From positions 1,664,001 to 1,728,000 of the forward strand of contig OZ255721.1 in NCBI GenBank assembly GCA_965277285.1: a stretch of 64,000 nt of DNA, in the 5' to 3' direction. The notes below the pieces were generated by a model. The model saw only the letters and a program-made list of their open reading frames with translations, was not told the DNA's origin and did no database searches. How positions within the stretch are numbered: the first letter of the stretch is position 1; the number at the start of each line of letters is the position of its first letter. The position numbers were made by a program, and so were the translations under genes. This document shows positions 20,415-30,550 of this stretch, one piece after another. Source of the stretch: Abditibacteriaceae bacterium (GTDB lineage Bacteria; Armatimonadota; Abditibacteriia; Abditibacteriales; Abditibacteriaceae).

Positions 20415-21652
20415 AACGATTCAAGCCGCGCATAAACGGCGTTTATTCCCTGATTGGCGTGCTGTTCGCCTTCGCCTGCGTGCTGGGCATTCTGGCGCAA
20501 AAAGGCGGAGATCAAGCGCAAAACCTGCCGCGCGCGCAATACAACGATGCCAGTCCATTGGGCGGCAAAGGCTTGCGCTTGATGCTGCAGCGTTTGGGCT
20601 ACGATGTTCATTTGCAAAACGAGCCGTTGCAGAAGATGCCAAAAGATGCGCGCGTCTGGGTTTTGCTCGATCCTGAAACGCGTTTTTCGCAGCACGAAGC
20701 CGATTTATTGATCGATTGGGTGCGTCGCGGCGGAACTTTGGTGTGGGCGTGCGCGCCAGGCGCCACAGATTTTTCGTGGAACACCAACGCCGGAGATGGA
20801 ACCGCGCACGCGCTTTTGTGCAAAAAACTGGATGTCCAATCAAGCACTGGCTTCACGCCCGACAGCGCGCCGCTGCCAGTCTTGACATCACTCACACCAT
20901 CAAGCGCCAACGAGTACTGGTACGGCGTACAAAACGCCACTGCTTCAGCGGATACCTTTACGATCAATCGTTCGTATTTAGAGTTGGCCGGAACACCAGC
21001 CGGTTGCGAACTGGCGCGCATGACGGTCGGAAACGGCCAGATTTTCATCGCGCCGGACGCCCTGATGTTCACCAATTACGCGCTCAATAAGCCGGATAAC
21101 GCGGTTTTAGCGACCAATCTGATTCGCTTGCACGCACCAAATGGCGGCGTTTACTTCGACGAACGCGATTATTCGGGTGATAAAGGCACAGCCGCCGCGA
21201 CAGGCGAACCGGATTTGGGAGACTATTTATGGCGGCCACCGGTGCGCTGGGCGATTTTGCAACTTTTGGGCGCACTGCTTTTGTGGTGGGCTTTGGCCGG
21301 AAGACGCTTGGGCGCGCCGGTTCCTTTGCCGGAACAGGAACCCGTCACGCGCGCCAGCCAGTTCGCGCAGGCGATGGGCGGCTTGTTCCGCAAAGCGAAT
21401 CGGCCTCAGGCGATTGCGCGCACAATCGGCGATCAATTCCGACGCGAAATGACGAGCCGCGTCGGGCTTCCGCTTGATGCCTCTGATGACTTGGTCGCTG
21501 AACGCGTGGCACAAGCGACGGGTCTTCCGACACAAATGATCGACCGACTTTTATTACGCGCCAAAGCGCCCGACGACCGAGAACCCAATATTTTGAGCGA
21601 CGTGCAGGAAATGGAAATCGTGCTGCGCGCGCTGCGAGGAGAGCATTCGTGA
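20411..21652 (+). CDS. DUF4350-like membrane-anchored protein
   Basis: SPLGGKGL, WVRRGGTLV, DNAVLA, VYFDE, GRRLG; gene context. Confidence 0.75.
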   Translation: MKRFKPRINGVYSLIGVLFAFACVLGILAQKGGDQAQNLPRAQYNDASPLGGKGLRLMLQRLGYDVHLQNEPLQKMPKDARVWVLLDPETRFSQHEADLLIDWVRRGGTLVWACAPGATDFSWNTNAGDGTAHALLCKKLDVQSSTGFTPDSAPLPVLTSLTPSSANEYWYGVQNATASADTFTINRSYLELAGTPAGCELARMTVGNGQIFIAPDALMFTNYALNKPDNAVLATNLIRLHAPNGGVYFDERDYSGDKGTAAATGEPDLGDYLWRPPVRWAILQLLGALLLWWALAGRRLGAPVPLPEQEPVTRASQFAQAMGGLFRKANRPQAIARTIGDQFRREMTSRVGLPLDASDDLVAERVAQATGLPTQMIDRLLLRAKAPDDREPNILSDVQEMEIVLRALRGEHS

Positions 21653-22830
21653 ACGACCCGCAAAATCTGCCCAACCAAACAACGCCACAATCGCCGCAAT
21701 TTACACCGAATCAAACGCAACCTTTGACATCGTTTCCTGTAACGCAGGCACCGTCGCTGCCCGATTCGAGTACTCGAATTGAAACGCCAACCTTTCAGGG
21801 GCAGAATGTCGCACCACAAAACATTCCAACGCAAAACGTTGTAACACCTGCAATGCCGTCGCAGATTTCCAATTCGCCAACGCAAATCGTGCGCGATCTG
21901 GCGGACGCGGTGCGCGCCGAAGTCGGCAAAGCGGTTGTCGGACAGGACGAAATTATCACGCAGTTTTTGGTGGCGTTGTTGGTGCGAGGCCACGTTTTGC
22001 TGGAAGGCGTGCCCGGCATTGCCAAAACTTTGACCGCAAAAGCCTTATCGCACGCCTTGAGCGCGACCTTCAACCGCGTGCAATTTACGCCCGATTTGAT
22101 GCCCGCTGATGTCGTCGGCACCAATGTTTTCGATACACGCAGAAACGAATTTTCATTGCGTCGCGGCCCAGTTTTCACTGACATTTTGCTGGCCGACGAA
22201 ATCAATCGCACGCCGCCTAAAACGCAGGCTTCGCTGTTGGAAGCGATGCAGGAACGCAGCGTCACCATTGATGGCGAAACGCATCAGCTTTCGCCATTTT
22301 TTACAGTTTTCGCCACGCAAAACCCGATTGATTACGAAGGCACTTATCCTTTGCCCGAAGCGCAACTCGACCGTTTTTTGCTCAAAGTGACGATGACTTA
22401 CCCGACGCCGGACGAAGAAGCGGCGTTGTTGGTGCGCGCTCATCGCGGCTTCGATGCGCACGAACTGGCGAGCGCCGGTTTGCATCCGGTCGCGGACGCG
22501 GCGCGCTGGCAACAAGCGCGCGATGCCGTGCGGGGCGTGACAGTCGGCGAAGGCATGATTCGCTACATCACGACGATTGTGGGAAGAACGCGCGGTTTGC
22601 CCAGCCTCACTTTGGGCGCCAGCCCGCGCGCGAGTCTGGCGTTGCTCGATTGCTCGAAGGCGTTGGCGGCGCTCAGCGGACGCGATTTCGTGATTCCCGA
22701 AGACGTCAAAACCGTTGCTTTGCCCGTTTTGCGACATCGTTTATTAGTGCGCGCCGAAACCGAAATGGAAGGCACCAAAACCGATGACATCACGCGCGGC
22801 GTGCTCGATTCCGTCGAAGTGCCGCGATAG
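21649..22830 (+). CDS. moxR: MoxR family AAA+ ATPase
   Basis: GHVLLEGVPGIAKT, RVQFTPDLMPAD, LADEINRTPPKTQ, YPLPEAQLDRF. Confidence 0.95.
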   Translation: MNDPQNLPNQTTPQSPQFTPNQTQPLTSFPVTQAPSLPDSSTRIETPTFQGQNVAPQNIPTQNVVTPAMPSQISNSPTQIVRDLADAVRAEVGKAVVGQDEIITQFLVALLVRGHVLLEGVPGIAKTLTAKALSHALSATFNRVQFTPDLMPADVVGTNVFDTRRNEFSLRRGPVFTDILLADEINRTPPKTQASLLEAMQERSVTIDGETHQLSPFFTVFATQNPIDYEGTYPLPEAQLDRFLLKVTMTYPTPDEEAALLVRAHRGFDAHELASAGLHPVADAARWQQARDAVRGVTVGEGMIRYITTIVGRTRGLPSLTLGASPRASLALLDCSKALAALSGRDFVIPEDVKTVALPVLRHRLLVRAETEMEGTKTDDITRGVLDSVEVPR

Positions 22831-22886
22831 GAAATTGAACTGCTAAGACACCAAGAACACAAAGGCAACAGGAGAAAATAGGAGTT

Positions 22887-22951
22887 CGTCATTCTGAGTG
22901 AAACGAAAAATCTAAACCAAAAGCCAGATTCTTCGCTGCGCTCAGAATGAC
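22887..22951. repeat. CGTC-type REP-like hairpin
   Basis: gtcattctgagtgaaacgaaaaatct ... agattcttcgctgcgctcagaatgac. Confidence 0.75.
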
Positions 22952-23027
22952 AAACTCTTACTTTCGAGTACTCGATTCTTCTTTCTTCTATGGCCTTTTT
23001 GGCTTGGTGGTTTATTTAAGGTGAACT

Positions 23028-23792
23028 ATGACGATTCAAGAAGATTTTCAAGATATTACCACTCCAAATGGCGCCATGCGCACTTATTTTCTGCGTCCCG
23101 TCGCGCCAGGAAAATACCCCGCGATCATTCTTTATTCCGAGATTTTCCAAGTGACTGGCCCGATTCGCCGCACCGCAGCGTTTCTCGCGGGACACGGTTT
23201 TATCGTCGCCGTGCCGGAAATTTATCACGAGTTTCTGGAAGCCGGAACTGTTCTGGAATATGATGCAGAAGGCGGCGCGCGCGGCAACGAATTGAAGACG
23301 AAGAAAACTCTGGCGGCTTATGACAGCGATACACGCGCGTTGTTGGATGCTTTGAAGACGCGCGAAGATTGCACCGGAAAAATCGGCGTGGCGGGCATTT
23401 GCAGCGGCGGACATCTGGCGTTTCGTGCCGCAACCAATGCCGATGTTCTGGCGGCGGTTTGCTTTTACGCCACCGATTTGCACAAGCCGGAATGGGGCGA
23501 AGGCATTAACAATTCGCTCGATCTTGCACCACAAATGCATTCTGAAATGATGATGGTCTGGGGACGACAGGATCCGCACATTCCGCGCGAAGGTCGCCAG
23601 CGCGTTTACGACGCGATGAACGACGCCGATTTGCTTTTGACGTGGCATGAATTCAACGGCGGACACGCCTTTTTGCGCGACGAAGGCCCGCGCTACAATC
23701 CCGCATTAGCGAAGCTTTGTTATGAACTGGCGCTGGAGTTGTTCAAGCGCAAACTGGGCGAAGGCGATCTATCGGACACAAAAGCCAAATAA
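23028..23792 (+). CDS. Dienelactone hydrolase family protein
   Basis: YSEIFQVT, GICSGG nucleophile motif, QDPHIP, HAFLRDEG. Confidence 0.92.
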   Translation: MTIQEDFQDITTPNGAMRTYFLRPVAPGKYPAIILYSEIFQVTGPIRRTAAFLAGHGFIVAVPEIYHEFLEAGTVLEYDAEGGARGNELKTKKTLAAYDSDTRALLDALKTREDCTGKIGVAGICSGGHLAFRAATNADVLAAVCFYATDLHKPEWGEGINNSLDLAPQMHSEMMMVWGRQDPHIPREGRQRVYDAMNDADLLLTWHEFNGGHAFLRDEGPRYNPALAKLCYELALELFKRKLGEGDLSDTKAK

Positions 23793-23827
23793 TCAATGAT
23801 GTGGGTTTGGCGTAACAACGAAGTTAT

Positions 23828-23972
23828 CCGCCCCTGAAGGAGCGGACTGATAAACAAAGCCCCATGAATGGGACTGCCGCAATGGGCTACTCTGCTTGTA
23901 CGCTGCAAGCGAGGCCGCTTTAGCGGTCTTGCTCCTTCAGCCCGCTCCTTCAGGGGCGGGCAACTGCAAACC
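23828..23972. mobile_element. MITE/REPIN-like element, copy 2 (inverted relative to 9197-9335)
   Basis: Reverse complement of 23911-23972 closely matches 9198-9259. Confidence 0.7.
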
Positions 23973-24090
23973 CACACCGCTGGTTAAATGGCGAATCCGA
24001 AGCATTCGAGTACTCGAGACGCCAGATCAGGCCGCTTCAACAACCAAATTGAAGCGACCTGCTTTTCATTTTATGTTGCGCGACACAAGG

Positions 24091-24642
24091 TTACTTCATC
24101 GAAACGTTCATCGTCAGGCCGCGCAGAGCGTTTTGCAAGGCTTCGGCGCCCAGTCCTTTTTTGACGAAGAAGGTGCGCTTTTTGCCATCGGTCGAATGCA
24201 GGAGAAAGCTGCAATCGTAATCGGAACCCCAGCCGGCCACACCGAGTTTCGATTTGATTTCAATTGAGGCGATTTCTGCGGGGTCGATGCGAAAATTGCC
24301 TGGATCAATGCCCATAAAACGGCTGTCTTCGGGGCTGACTGAACTGTAAACTTCTTCTTTTTCGGCCATCTCTCTGGCGGCTTTTTTCGCCATGACGCCG
24401 CCGATAATCCAACCGATCAAGCCCAGATGAACCATGACGCCGCGCGCAGCTTTTGGGTCTTGATTGGCCAGCTTGCCGCCATATAAACCCGAACGCGTCA
24501 CGTAGATTTTGTAAACGCCGCCTTTGCCAAAGCCTTGCTCGGTGGCTGTAAAACTCGGGTTGCCGTCGCTCATCGAACCGCTCATCGTGCCCGGCGTGTT
24601 CGCCATGTTCGGCGTACTCGACCAACTGCTGGGATTGCTCAT
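24091..24642 (-). CDS. Hypothetical protein with one TM segment
   Basis: 183-aa ORF, GAGG RBS, hydrophobic GLIGWIIGG segment. Confidence 0.65.
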   Translation of the reverse strand: MSNPSSWSSTPNMANTPGTMSGSMSDGNPSFTATEQGFGKGGVYKIYVTRSGLYGGKLANQDPKAARGVMVHLGLIGWIIGGVMAKKAAREMAEKEEVYSSVSPEDSRFMGIDPGNFRIDPAEIASIEIKSKLGVAGWGSDYDCSFLLHSTDGKKRTFFVKKGLGAEALQNALRGLTMNVSMK

Positions 24643-24716
24643 AAAAATGCCTCGCGCGCAAGAATCACGTCGCCCTTATTATCGCACTTCCCTTTGAAGA
24701 TTTCGAGTACTCGATT

Positions 24717-25612
24717 TCAAGCGCCAGGGCAGGCGCTGGTTTCAGCGGCCTGGCGCGCTTGTTGGCGAATGCCGTACATCTGCATCGCCAGGCCGCCCAT
24801 GTAATATTCGATCCACAGCGTGTAATCGCCGCTCGCATCGGCCTGGCGCAAAGCGGCGTAATATTTGTCGCGGTCGTTGTTGTAATACGAGGAAAGGTCA
24901 AACAGATATTTGAAATCGTAGCCGCGCAGATACAACGCCAGAGTCGTAAACATCCGCGCTGTGCGACCGTTGCCGTCGCGGAACGGATGAATCCACACCA
25001 GGCGATGCTGCGCGATTCCCGCCACAACAACCGGATGCATCCAACCATCGGGCGCGCCACGGTCGCATTCTTCAAAGCTGGGATGCACGGCGCACGCGTT
25101 CATCCATTCAAACAAATCGTTCAGTTGTTCTTCGACCTGGCTCCACACCGGAGGCCGATGATGCACCAGCGTTTCGCCATCTTCGCGGTCGCCGACGACC
25201 ACGTCTTCGCGCCGAAACTCGCCTTTGAAATGGTCGCCCCGCGCACGCCATCCAGCAGAATGTTGTGCAACTGGCGAACATCGCGCGCCGACAAGGAATA
25301 ACCTTTGGCGCCACGCAATCCATCAATCGCATCGAAGGCGCTCAGATAGTTGACGAACTCGCGCTCTTCGTCGCGTAAATTGCGCAGAGTTCCCGAGGAA
25401 CGGTCGCGCGCCAGTTCAAACGCCGTTTCCAACGACAACTGCCCTCCTTCAATTTAAATGCTCGCCAGCGCATCACTAATACGCACATCGTGACGCAAGC
25501 GCGACAACCATTCGGGACGAAATTGCAACGCTTCCAAAAACCCTTGCGTGCGTTCAATGGCGATCAATTGCCGCTGCATTCGCGGCGTCCATCTCATTTG
25601 CGGTTGAAACAT
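24717..25612 (-). pseudogene. Fic-domain AMP-transferase, disrupted
   Basis: Intact HPFRDGNGRTAR motif; in-frame TAA at 25454-25456; 1-nt frameshift in the G run at about 25237-25240. Confidence 0.88.
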
Positions 25613-25680
25613 GATGTTTTTCGTGTCACGATTTTGGCCAACCAACTATCGAGTACTCGATGCCGACCACGCTTTGAGGC

Positions 25681-25771
25681 TACGCTTTATAGAACCCCGC
25701 GCGTCAGCCAGGGGTCTCGTCTCAACTTAACACCAGACCCCTGGCTGACGCGTGGGGTTCTATAAAGCGTA
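25681..25771. repeat. REP-like inverted repeat, family A
   Basis: tacgctttatagaaccccgcgcgtcagccaggggtct ... agacccctggctgacgcgtggggttctataaagcgta. Confidence 0.85.
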
Positions 25772-25781
25772 TTCGCGCCGT

Positions 25782-27011
25782 TTACTTCCCGCGCCGCCGA
25801 TTGTAGTTGTGCGATTTCGCCAACTTCCCCACATGCGCGTGCTCGCCCGATTCCAAATCGCGTTCCAGCACATCGAAAAGAACGCGTTCTTCCGTCGCAA
25901 CCACGCTATCTTTGATGCTTCCCGCGAAACCGCGACCCCGTCTAAACGAAGCACGCGCGGCCTCCACATCGCCGCTCTCTAACTCCTCGACCGCTTGCTG
26001 GCGAACACGCGCCGTTTCTAATAACGCAACAGCGTCGGCGACGCGTTCGTTTTCCGGCAATTCGTCCCAATCGCGCGAGGCAACAGCGGGCAAAGACAAC
26101 GCTTCGCGCACGACTTGGCGATCTTTGGCGTCCGGTTCGCTCCACGCTAGGCGAACGAAACACACATCGCTTTCATCTGCGCGCGACAGAATTTGAAGTT
26201 TCACAACGATTTCAATCGCGTTGCCCGAAACCAGATTCGGCAGTTGCAAGCGTCCCAGTTTGTTGCGCTCCAGGTCGTTCAAAACGTCCGCGACTTCAGC
26301 GCCGTTTTGCGGCTCGATTCCCAAGTTGACGGTGTGCCCGACCGTCGCCATCAAGCCGCGCAACTCGGCGGCAAAGATGCGCTCCAAATCAGCGGCGCCT
26401 TCGATGAAATAGTAATTTCCGTCGCCGCTTTGCGCCATTGATTGCAACAAATCTTCGTTGAAATCGTTGCCGACGCCCATCGTTGTCGTGCTGACGCCGC
26501 GACCGGACAAACCTTTGACATCGGCGCAAATGCGACTTTCGCTCGTCACACCGTGATTGGCCAAACCATCCGTCAAAAGCAGCACGCGATTGAGACTTTT
26601 CGCCTCCAGATGACGGCTGACCTGCATTCCGCCTTCGACCCAGCCGTCGTGCAAAGCTGTCATGCCGCCGCATTCGATACCTTTGATTCTGCGGATAATT
26701 GCTGCTTTGTCGTCCGCCAAAACCGATGGTACAATCGTTTCCACTTCACTGTCGTAAATGGTGACGGCCACGCGATCAGTCGCCGCCAATTGCTGAACCG
26801 CATACGTCGCGGCATCTTTCACGGCGCGCAATTTGGCGCCGCTCATCGAACCCGAACGATCCAGCACCAAACCCAGATTGAGCGGCGGACGTTCGCGCGA
26901 CATTTCGCTCTGCGGCGCCACAATGCGCACCAAAACTGGAAGTTCCGTTGTTGCATCGCTCTTCACGGCGCTTTTCAACGCAATCATTTCAACCGTCGGC
27001 TTGCCTTTCAT
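25782..27011 (-). CDS. von Willebrand factor A domain protein
   Basis: MIDAS DRSGSM, T in GMTAL, LLLTDGLAN; ATGA-coupled to the upstream regulator. Confidence 0.9.
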   Translation of the reverse strand: MKGKPTVEMIALKSAVKSDATTELPVLVRIVAPQSEMSRERPPLNLGLVLDRSGSMSGAKLRAVKDAATYAVQQLAATDRVAVTIYDSEVETIVPSVLADDKAAIIRRIKGIECGGMTALHDGWVEGGMQVSRHLEAKSLNRVLLLTDGLANHGVTSESRICADVKGLSGRGVSTTTMGVGNDFNEDLLQSMAQSGDGNYYFIEGAADLERIFAAELRGLMATVGHTVNLGIEPQNGAEVADVLNDLERNKLGRLQLPNLVSGNAIEIVVKLQILSRADESDVCFVRLAWSEPDAKDRQVVREALSLPAVASRDWDELPENERVADAVALLETARVRQQAVEELESGDVEAARASFRRGRGFAGSIKDSVVATEERVLFDVLERDLESGEHAHVGKLAKSHNYNRRRGK

Positions 27012-27679
27012 CTTGTCCTCCTGCGGACATCTTTGACCTTCTGCCAGATCGTTTGCAGCAAATTGTCGCGCTCGTGCGGCGTTGGCGGAACACGAAAATC
27101 CTCGCGCACATGAACTTCCAAACCCGCCACAATCTCCAATCGTGTCCAACGTTCGCCGTCGCCTTGAGCGATTCGAGTACTCGATGGCGCCATTTTACGG
27201 CGCACCACACTGTTGCCCGGCGACGTTCGATCGCGCGATTTCACGCCACGCAAAAAATCGAGCGCCGCGTTCTCCTCTGGATCTGCGTCTTGCGTTTCCT
27301 CCAAAACCGGCGATACTTCGCGTTCGGTCGCCAGGCGCGCGCCATTTTCCAGCAACGATTGCAATTCCCTGTCTTCGGCATCCGCCACCAACTTCTTGAT
27401 CGCGCCAGTCGTCAAACCTTCGCTCATCAGGCGACGCGTCACCAAAAGCTGCAACAAATGCCGCAACGTGTAACGCGCTTCCCGCCCTTCGCGCAACGCC
27501 TCATCCAACAATCCCAACGTCGTCAAATGCCGCACCAAACGCGCATTCACCACATCGCGCACCCGCGCATCTGTCCCCGCCTCCGACAAATAACGCGGCA
27601 ACATCGTATTCGCCTCAGCCACCAATTCATCCAACGAAAAAGTCTCTTCCCCTGCTCCACTCGCTCTTAATTTACTCAC
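27008..27679 (-). CDS. MerR-like HTH regulator
   Basis: RLVRHLTTLGLL...REGREARY..HLLQL; C-terminal WTRLEI..GLEVHV. Confidence 0.8.
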   Translation of the reverse strand: MSKLRASGAGEETFSLDELVAEANTMLPRYLSEAGTDARVRDVVNARLVRHLTTLGLLDEALREGREARYTLRHLLQLLVTRRLMSEGLTTGAIKKLVADAEDRELQSLLENGARLATEREVSPVLEETQDADPEENAALDFLRGVKSRDRTSPGNSVVRRKMAPSSTRIAQGDGERWTRLEIVAGLEVHVREDFRVPPTPHERDNLLQTIWQKVKDVRRRTR

Positions 27680-27685
27680 CCAAAG

Positions 27686-27714
27686 ATTATATTTTCTTTG
27701 ACTTCATTTGTCAA
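27686..27714 (-). promoter_or_regulatory. Consensus sigma70 promoter with overlapping inverted repeat
   Basis: TTGACA-17-TATAAT; TTGAC-N7-GTCAA at 27698-27714. Confidence 0.85.
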
Positions 27715-27897
27715 TAACAATTTATGTTGTTAATGTTAACGTAAATAAAATATCGAGTATTCGAATCGATATTTTGGTAGTCGGCTCGTTTGAGGCAGCG
27801 TCACAACGGCGTTCGTCGCGCAATGAATGGGCAGAAAGTGGCTGGAAATCGAGAAGTCGGAAGAGCATGTAAAAGTTGCAGAAGAAAGAATCAGGAA

Positions 27898-28659
27898 TCA
27901 GGCATTTTTCCCATGCTGCTTCTTGACATGTTCGATGAACGCCGAGATATCTAAAGTAACATAAGAACAATATTGACATGGCCAATCCTCATGGTTTTTT
28001 AGATAAGGACCCAATTCGGCAGCAGTAGAGAAAATCTCGAAGCAATATTCACACTTAACTCTTTCAGCTGGAGGTATAGCAGCAACACGCAGCATTGCAG
28101 TGTTTACGGCGGTTTGCTTAACGGGAATCGGAACTGTCGAATTCAACGCCCAATACTTGATGCGGCTTTTTAATTCTTCTGGTTCAATTAAACTACCACA
28201 TTTAGATGAAACAATAACTAATTTACCCACATCATTTCCTGAAGGAAAAGGGTATTCGATCGTGTATTTGATTTCTCTTTTATCTTCCAACAGCACTAAC
28301 ATTTCTTCACCGTGTCTTTTACCTACGGTATACACAGAAAGAATAATGCCGAGCACCGGTTCATCAGTTTCATTAACTACTGCTGTTCCAAACTCGAACG
28401 AATCAATAACCGAAGCGAAACATGGATGCTTTGGCCAAGGCCAGCCCAAACTATCGAACCAAACACTGCCGCCATTGTAGCGAACAAAGAACACTTGTTC
28501 TCCACACTTCGGACATTGCGTTGGACGACAAAAGTTGTTACGAATGTCATTCTCAATTCCCCTACGTCCTGGACAACCGCCGCCATCATGTATAGGAATA
28601 AAACGACCATGCTGCTTAATAAAACTGATGTGCTGACCACACTGATTACAGATTGCCAT
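27898..28659 (-). CDS. AT-rich hypothetical Cys/His-rich (multi zinc-finger) protein
   Basis: CNQC, CPKC, HPC, CEYC..H, CQYC..H...H; visibly lower GC than flanks; start uncertain. Confidence 0.65.
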   Translation of the reverse strand: MAICNQCGQHISFIKQHGRFIPIHDGGGCPGRRGIENDIRNNFCRPTQCPKCGEQVFFVRYNGGSVWFDSLGWPWPKHPCFASVIDSFEFGTAVVNETDEPVLGIILSVYTVGKRHGEEMLVLLEDKREIKYTIEYPFPSGNDVGKLVIVSSKCGSLIEPEELKSRIKYWALNSTVPIPVKQTAVNTAMLRVAAIPPAERVKCEYCFEIFSTAAELGPYLKNHEDWPCQYCSYVTLDISAFIEHVKKQHGKNA

Positions 28660-28698
28660 AGCAACTAAAGTAACCAAAATCAGAATAGAAATGCAAGA

Positions 28699-28729
28699 AA
28701 CCCGCACTGCGATGAACGCAGTGCGGGTT
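28699..28729 (-). terminator. Hairpin ending the ribosomal super-operon
   Basis: aacccgcactgcg-atgaa-cgcagtgcgggtt, 13-bp stem after rpsI. Confidence 0.7.
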
Positions 28730-28763
28730 CTTGTTGTCCAACTTTCGATTCGAGTACTCGATA

Positions 28764-29150
28764 TTAACGCTTCGAGAACTGGAAGCCGCGACGGGCGCGC
28801 TTGCGGCCATACTTTTTGCGCTCTTTGACGCGCGGGTCGCGGGTCATGGCGCCAATTTCGCGCAGAGCAGGTTTCAATTCTTCACTGTATTCGACCAGAG
28901 CTTTGGCGATGCCGTGACGCAACGCGCCCGCTTGCCCAGTGATACCGCCGCCGTGCGCCGTCGCCTTCACGTCGAATTGCGCGCCGCCCGCCTGGTTGAA
29001 CGGTTCGCGCGCCATTTGCTGCAAGGTGAAGCGACCAAAGTACTCTTCAATAGGCTTGTCGTTGACGATGAACTGGCCGGTGCCGGGCGTGATCCAGACG
29101 CGTGCAATCGCGTTTTTGCGCTTGCCGGTGCCATAAAATGTTTCTGCCAT
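28764..29150 (-). CDS. rpsI: 30S ribosomal protein S9
   Basis: [29 protein letters not shown]. Confidence 0.98.
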   Translation of the reverse strand: MAETFYGTGKRKNAIARVWITPGTGQFIVNDKPIEEYFGRFTLQQMAREPFNQAGGAQFDVKATAHGGGITGQAGALRHGIAKALVEYSEELKPALREIGAMTRDPRVKERKKYGRKRARRGFQFSKR

Positions 29151-29638
29151 TAAGCTGTTGCTCCTTCAGACGCCGTCTGGCGCGACAAAACGGTGTTCAT
29201 GTCCAAGACCTGCGGCATTTGCGCCTGATGCGGATGCGATTCGCCCGCGTAAATGTGCAGCTTGCGCGCTTGTTCGCGGCCCAACGTCGAGTGCGGCAGC
29301 ATTCCCTCGACAGCTTCCTGCAAAATGCGCGTCGGGTTCTTTTCCATCAAGGTTTGAGCGTCCACGCGCTTGAGGTGGCCGGGCTGCGTCGAAGCACGAT
29401 AATAAATCTTCTGCTCCAGCTTCTGGCCGGTAAAAACCGCTTTTTCGGCGTTGATGATGACGACAAAATCGCCGGTATCAATGCTGGGCGTAAAACGCGC
29501 CTTGTGCTTGCCGCGCAAAATGTGCGCGACGCGAGACGCCAAACGTCCCACGGTCTGACCTGTCGCATCGACGACAAACCACGCGCGATCAATTTCGCTG
29601 GGCTTGGCATGATACGTTTTCGCTTTAATTGTTGCCAT
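29150..29638 (-). CDS. rplM: 50S ribosomal protein L13
   Basis: WFVVDA..GRLAS..LRGKHK..FTP.IDTGD; start at MATIK. Confidence 0.97.
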   Translation of the reverse strand: MATIKAKTYHAKPSEIDRAWFVVDATGQTVGRLASRVAHILRGKHKARFTPSIDTGDFVVIINAEKAVFTGQKLEQKIYYRASTQPGHLKRVDAQTLMEKNPTRILQEAVEGMLPHSTLGREQARKLHIYAGESHPHQAQMPQVLDMNTVLSRQTASEGATA

Positions 29639-29675
29639 TCGAGTACTCACCTGAACTTCTTTATTACTGTGCGAA

Positions 29676-30491
29676 TCACTTCGCGTCTTCAAACGATATA
29701 TGCGTCAAGCACAAACCTTGTGGCGGCGCAGGCGACGGACACAACGCCCGATCTTTGCCGTCCATCAAACGCGTTACATCTTGCGCATCCAACTTGCCGC
29801 GCCCGACTTCAATCAGCGCACCGACAATGTTGCGCACCATCTGATACAAAAAACCGTTCGCGCTGATCGTGATTTCAATCGTGTCCGAACCAAAGGCGCT
29901 GCGAGACGCGACTTCTAATTGTGTCATATTTCGGACAGTTCCGCCAGTTGGAGGACTTCCCGCGTTCTGCCACGCCGCGAAATCGCGGACACCGACAAAA
30001 CATGGACACACGCTTTGCATCGCGTCCACGTTCAAACTTCCGCGCACGCGACCGACATACCGCCGCAATAGCGGATTTTCAATTGCCGAATTGTCAATGG
30101 TGTAACGATATGTCCGCACGCGCGCCGAATGACGAGGATGAAACCGTTCGTCTGCTTCCCAAGCTGTCGTCACGCGAACATCACGTTCGAGTACTTGATT
30201 GAGCGCTAAAGGAACGCGCTCGGCGGGCATCAAATGTTCAGTGAAAAACCGCGCGACATTCCCCGTCGCATGAACGCCTGCGTCAGTGCGAGATGACATC
30301 GCCACTTCAACCGGCGCTTTGAAGATTCGACTTAACGCGTCTTCCAGATCGCCTTGCACGCTGCGCCCGTTCTTTTGCCGCTGCGAACCACAAAAGTCCG
30401 TTCCATCATACGCCACGACAAAAGCGATGTTGCGCGCCGGTCTCCGGTCTTCGATCTTTGCTCTTTGAAGGGAGGCAAACTCGTCAGCCAT
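29676..30491 (-). CDS. truA: tRNA pseudouridine(38-40) synthase
   Basis: AYDGTDF, SRTDAGVHA, GFLYQMVRNIVG. Confidence 0.96.
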   Translation of the reverse strand: MADEFASLQRAKIEDRRPARNIAFVVAYDGTDFCGSQRQKNGRSVQGDLEDALSRIFKAPVEVAMSSRTDAGVHATGNVARFFTEHLMPAERVPLALNQVLERDVRVTTAWEADERFHPRHSARVRTYRYTIDNSAIENPLLRRYVGRVRGSLNVDAMQSVCPCFVGVRDFAAWQNAGSPPTGGTVRNMTQLEVASRSAFGSDTIEITISANGFLYQMVRNIVGALIEVGRGKLDAQDVTRLMDGKDRALCPSPAPPQGLCLTHISFEDAK

Positions 30492-30550
30492 ATGCGCGCT
30501 CTTCGAGCACTCGAAGCCCCTTCAAAGACCAAAAATCCAAGACCAAAGTC

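Noticed and set aside
17590..22830. MoxR-DUF4350-DUF4129 cluster as a novel system
   Set aside because: A widespread, known gene cluster; its usual DUF58 partner is simply not in this window
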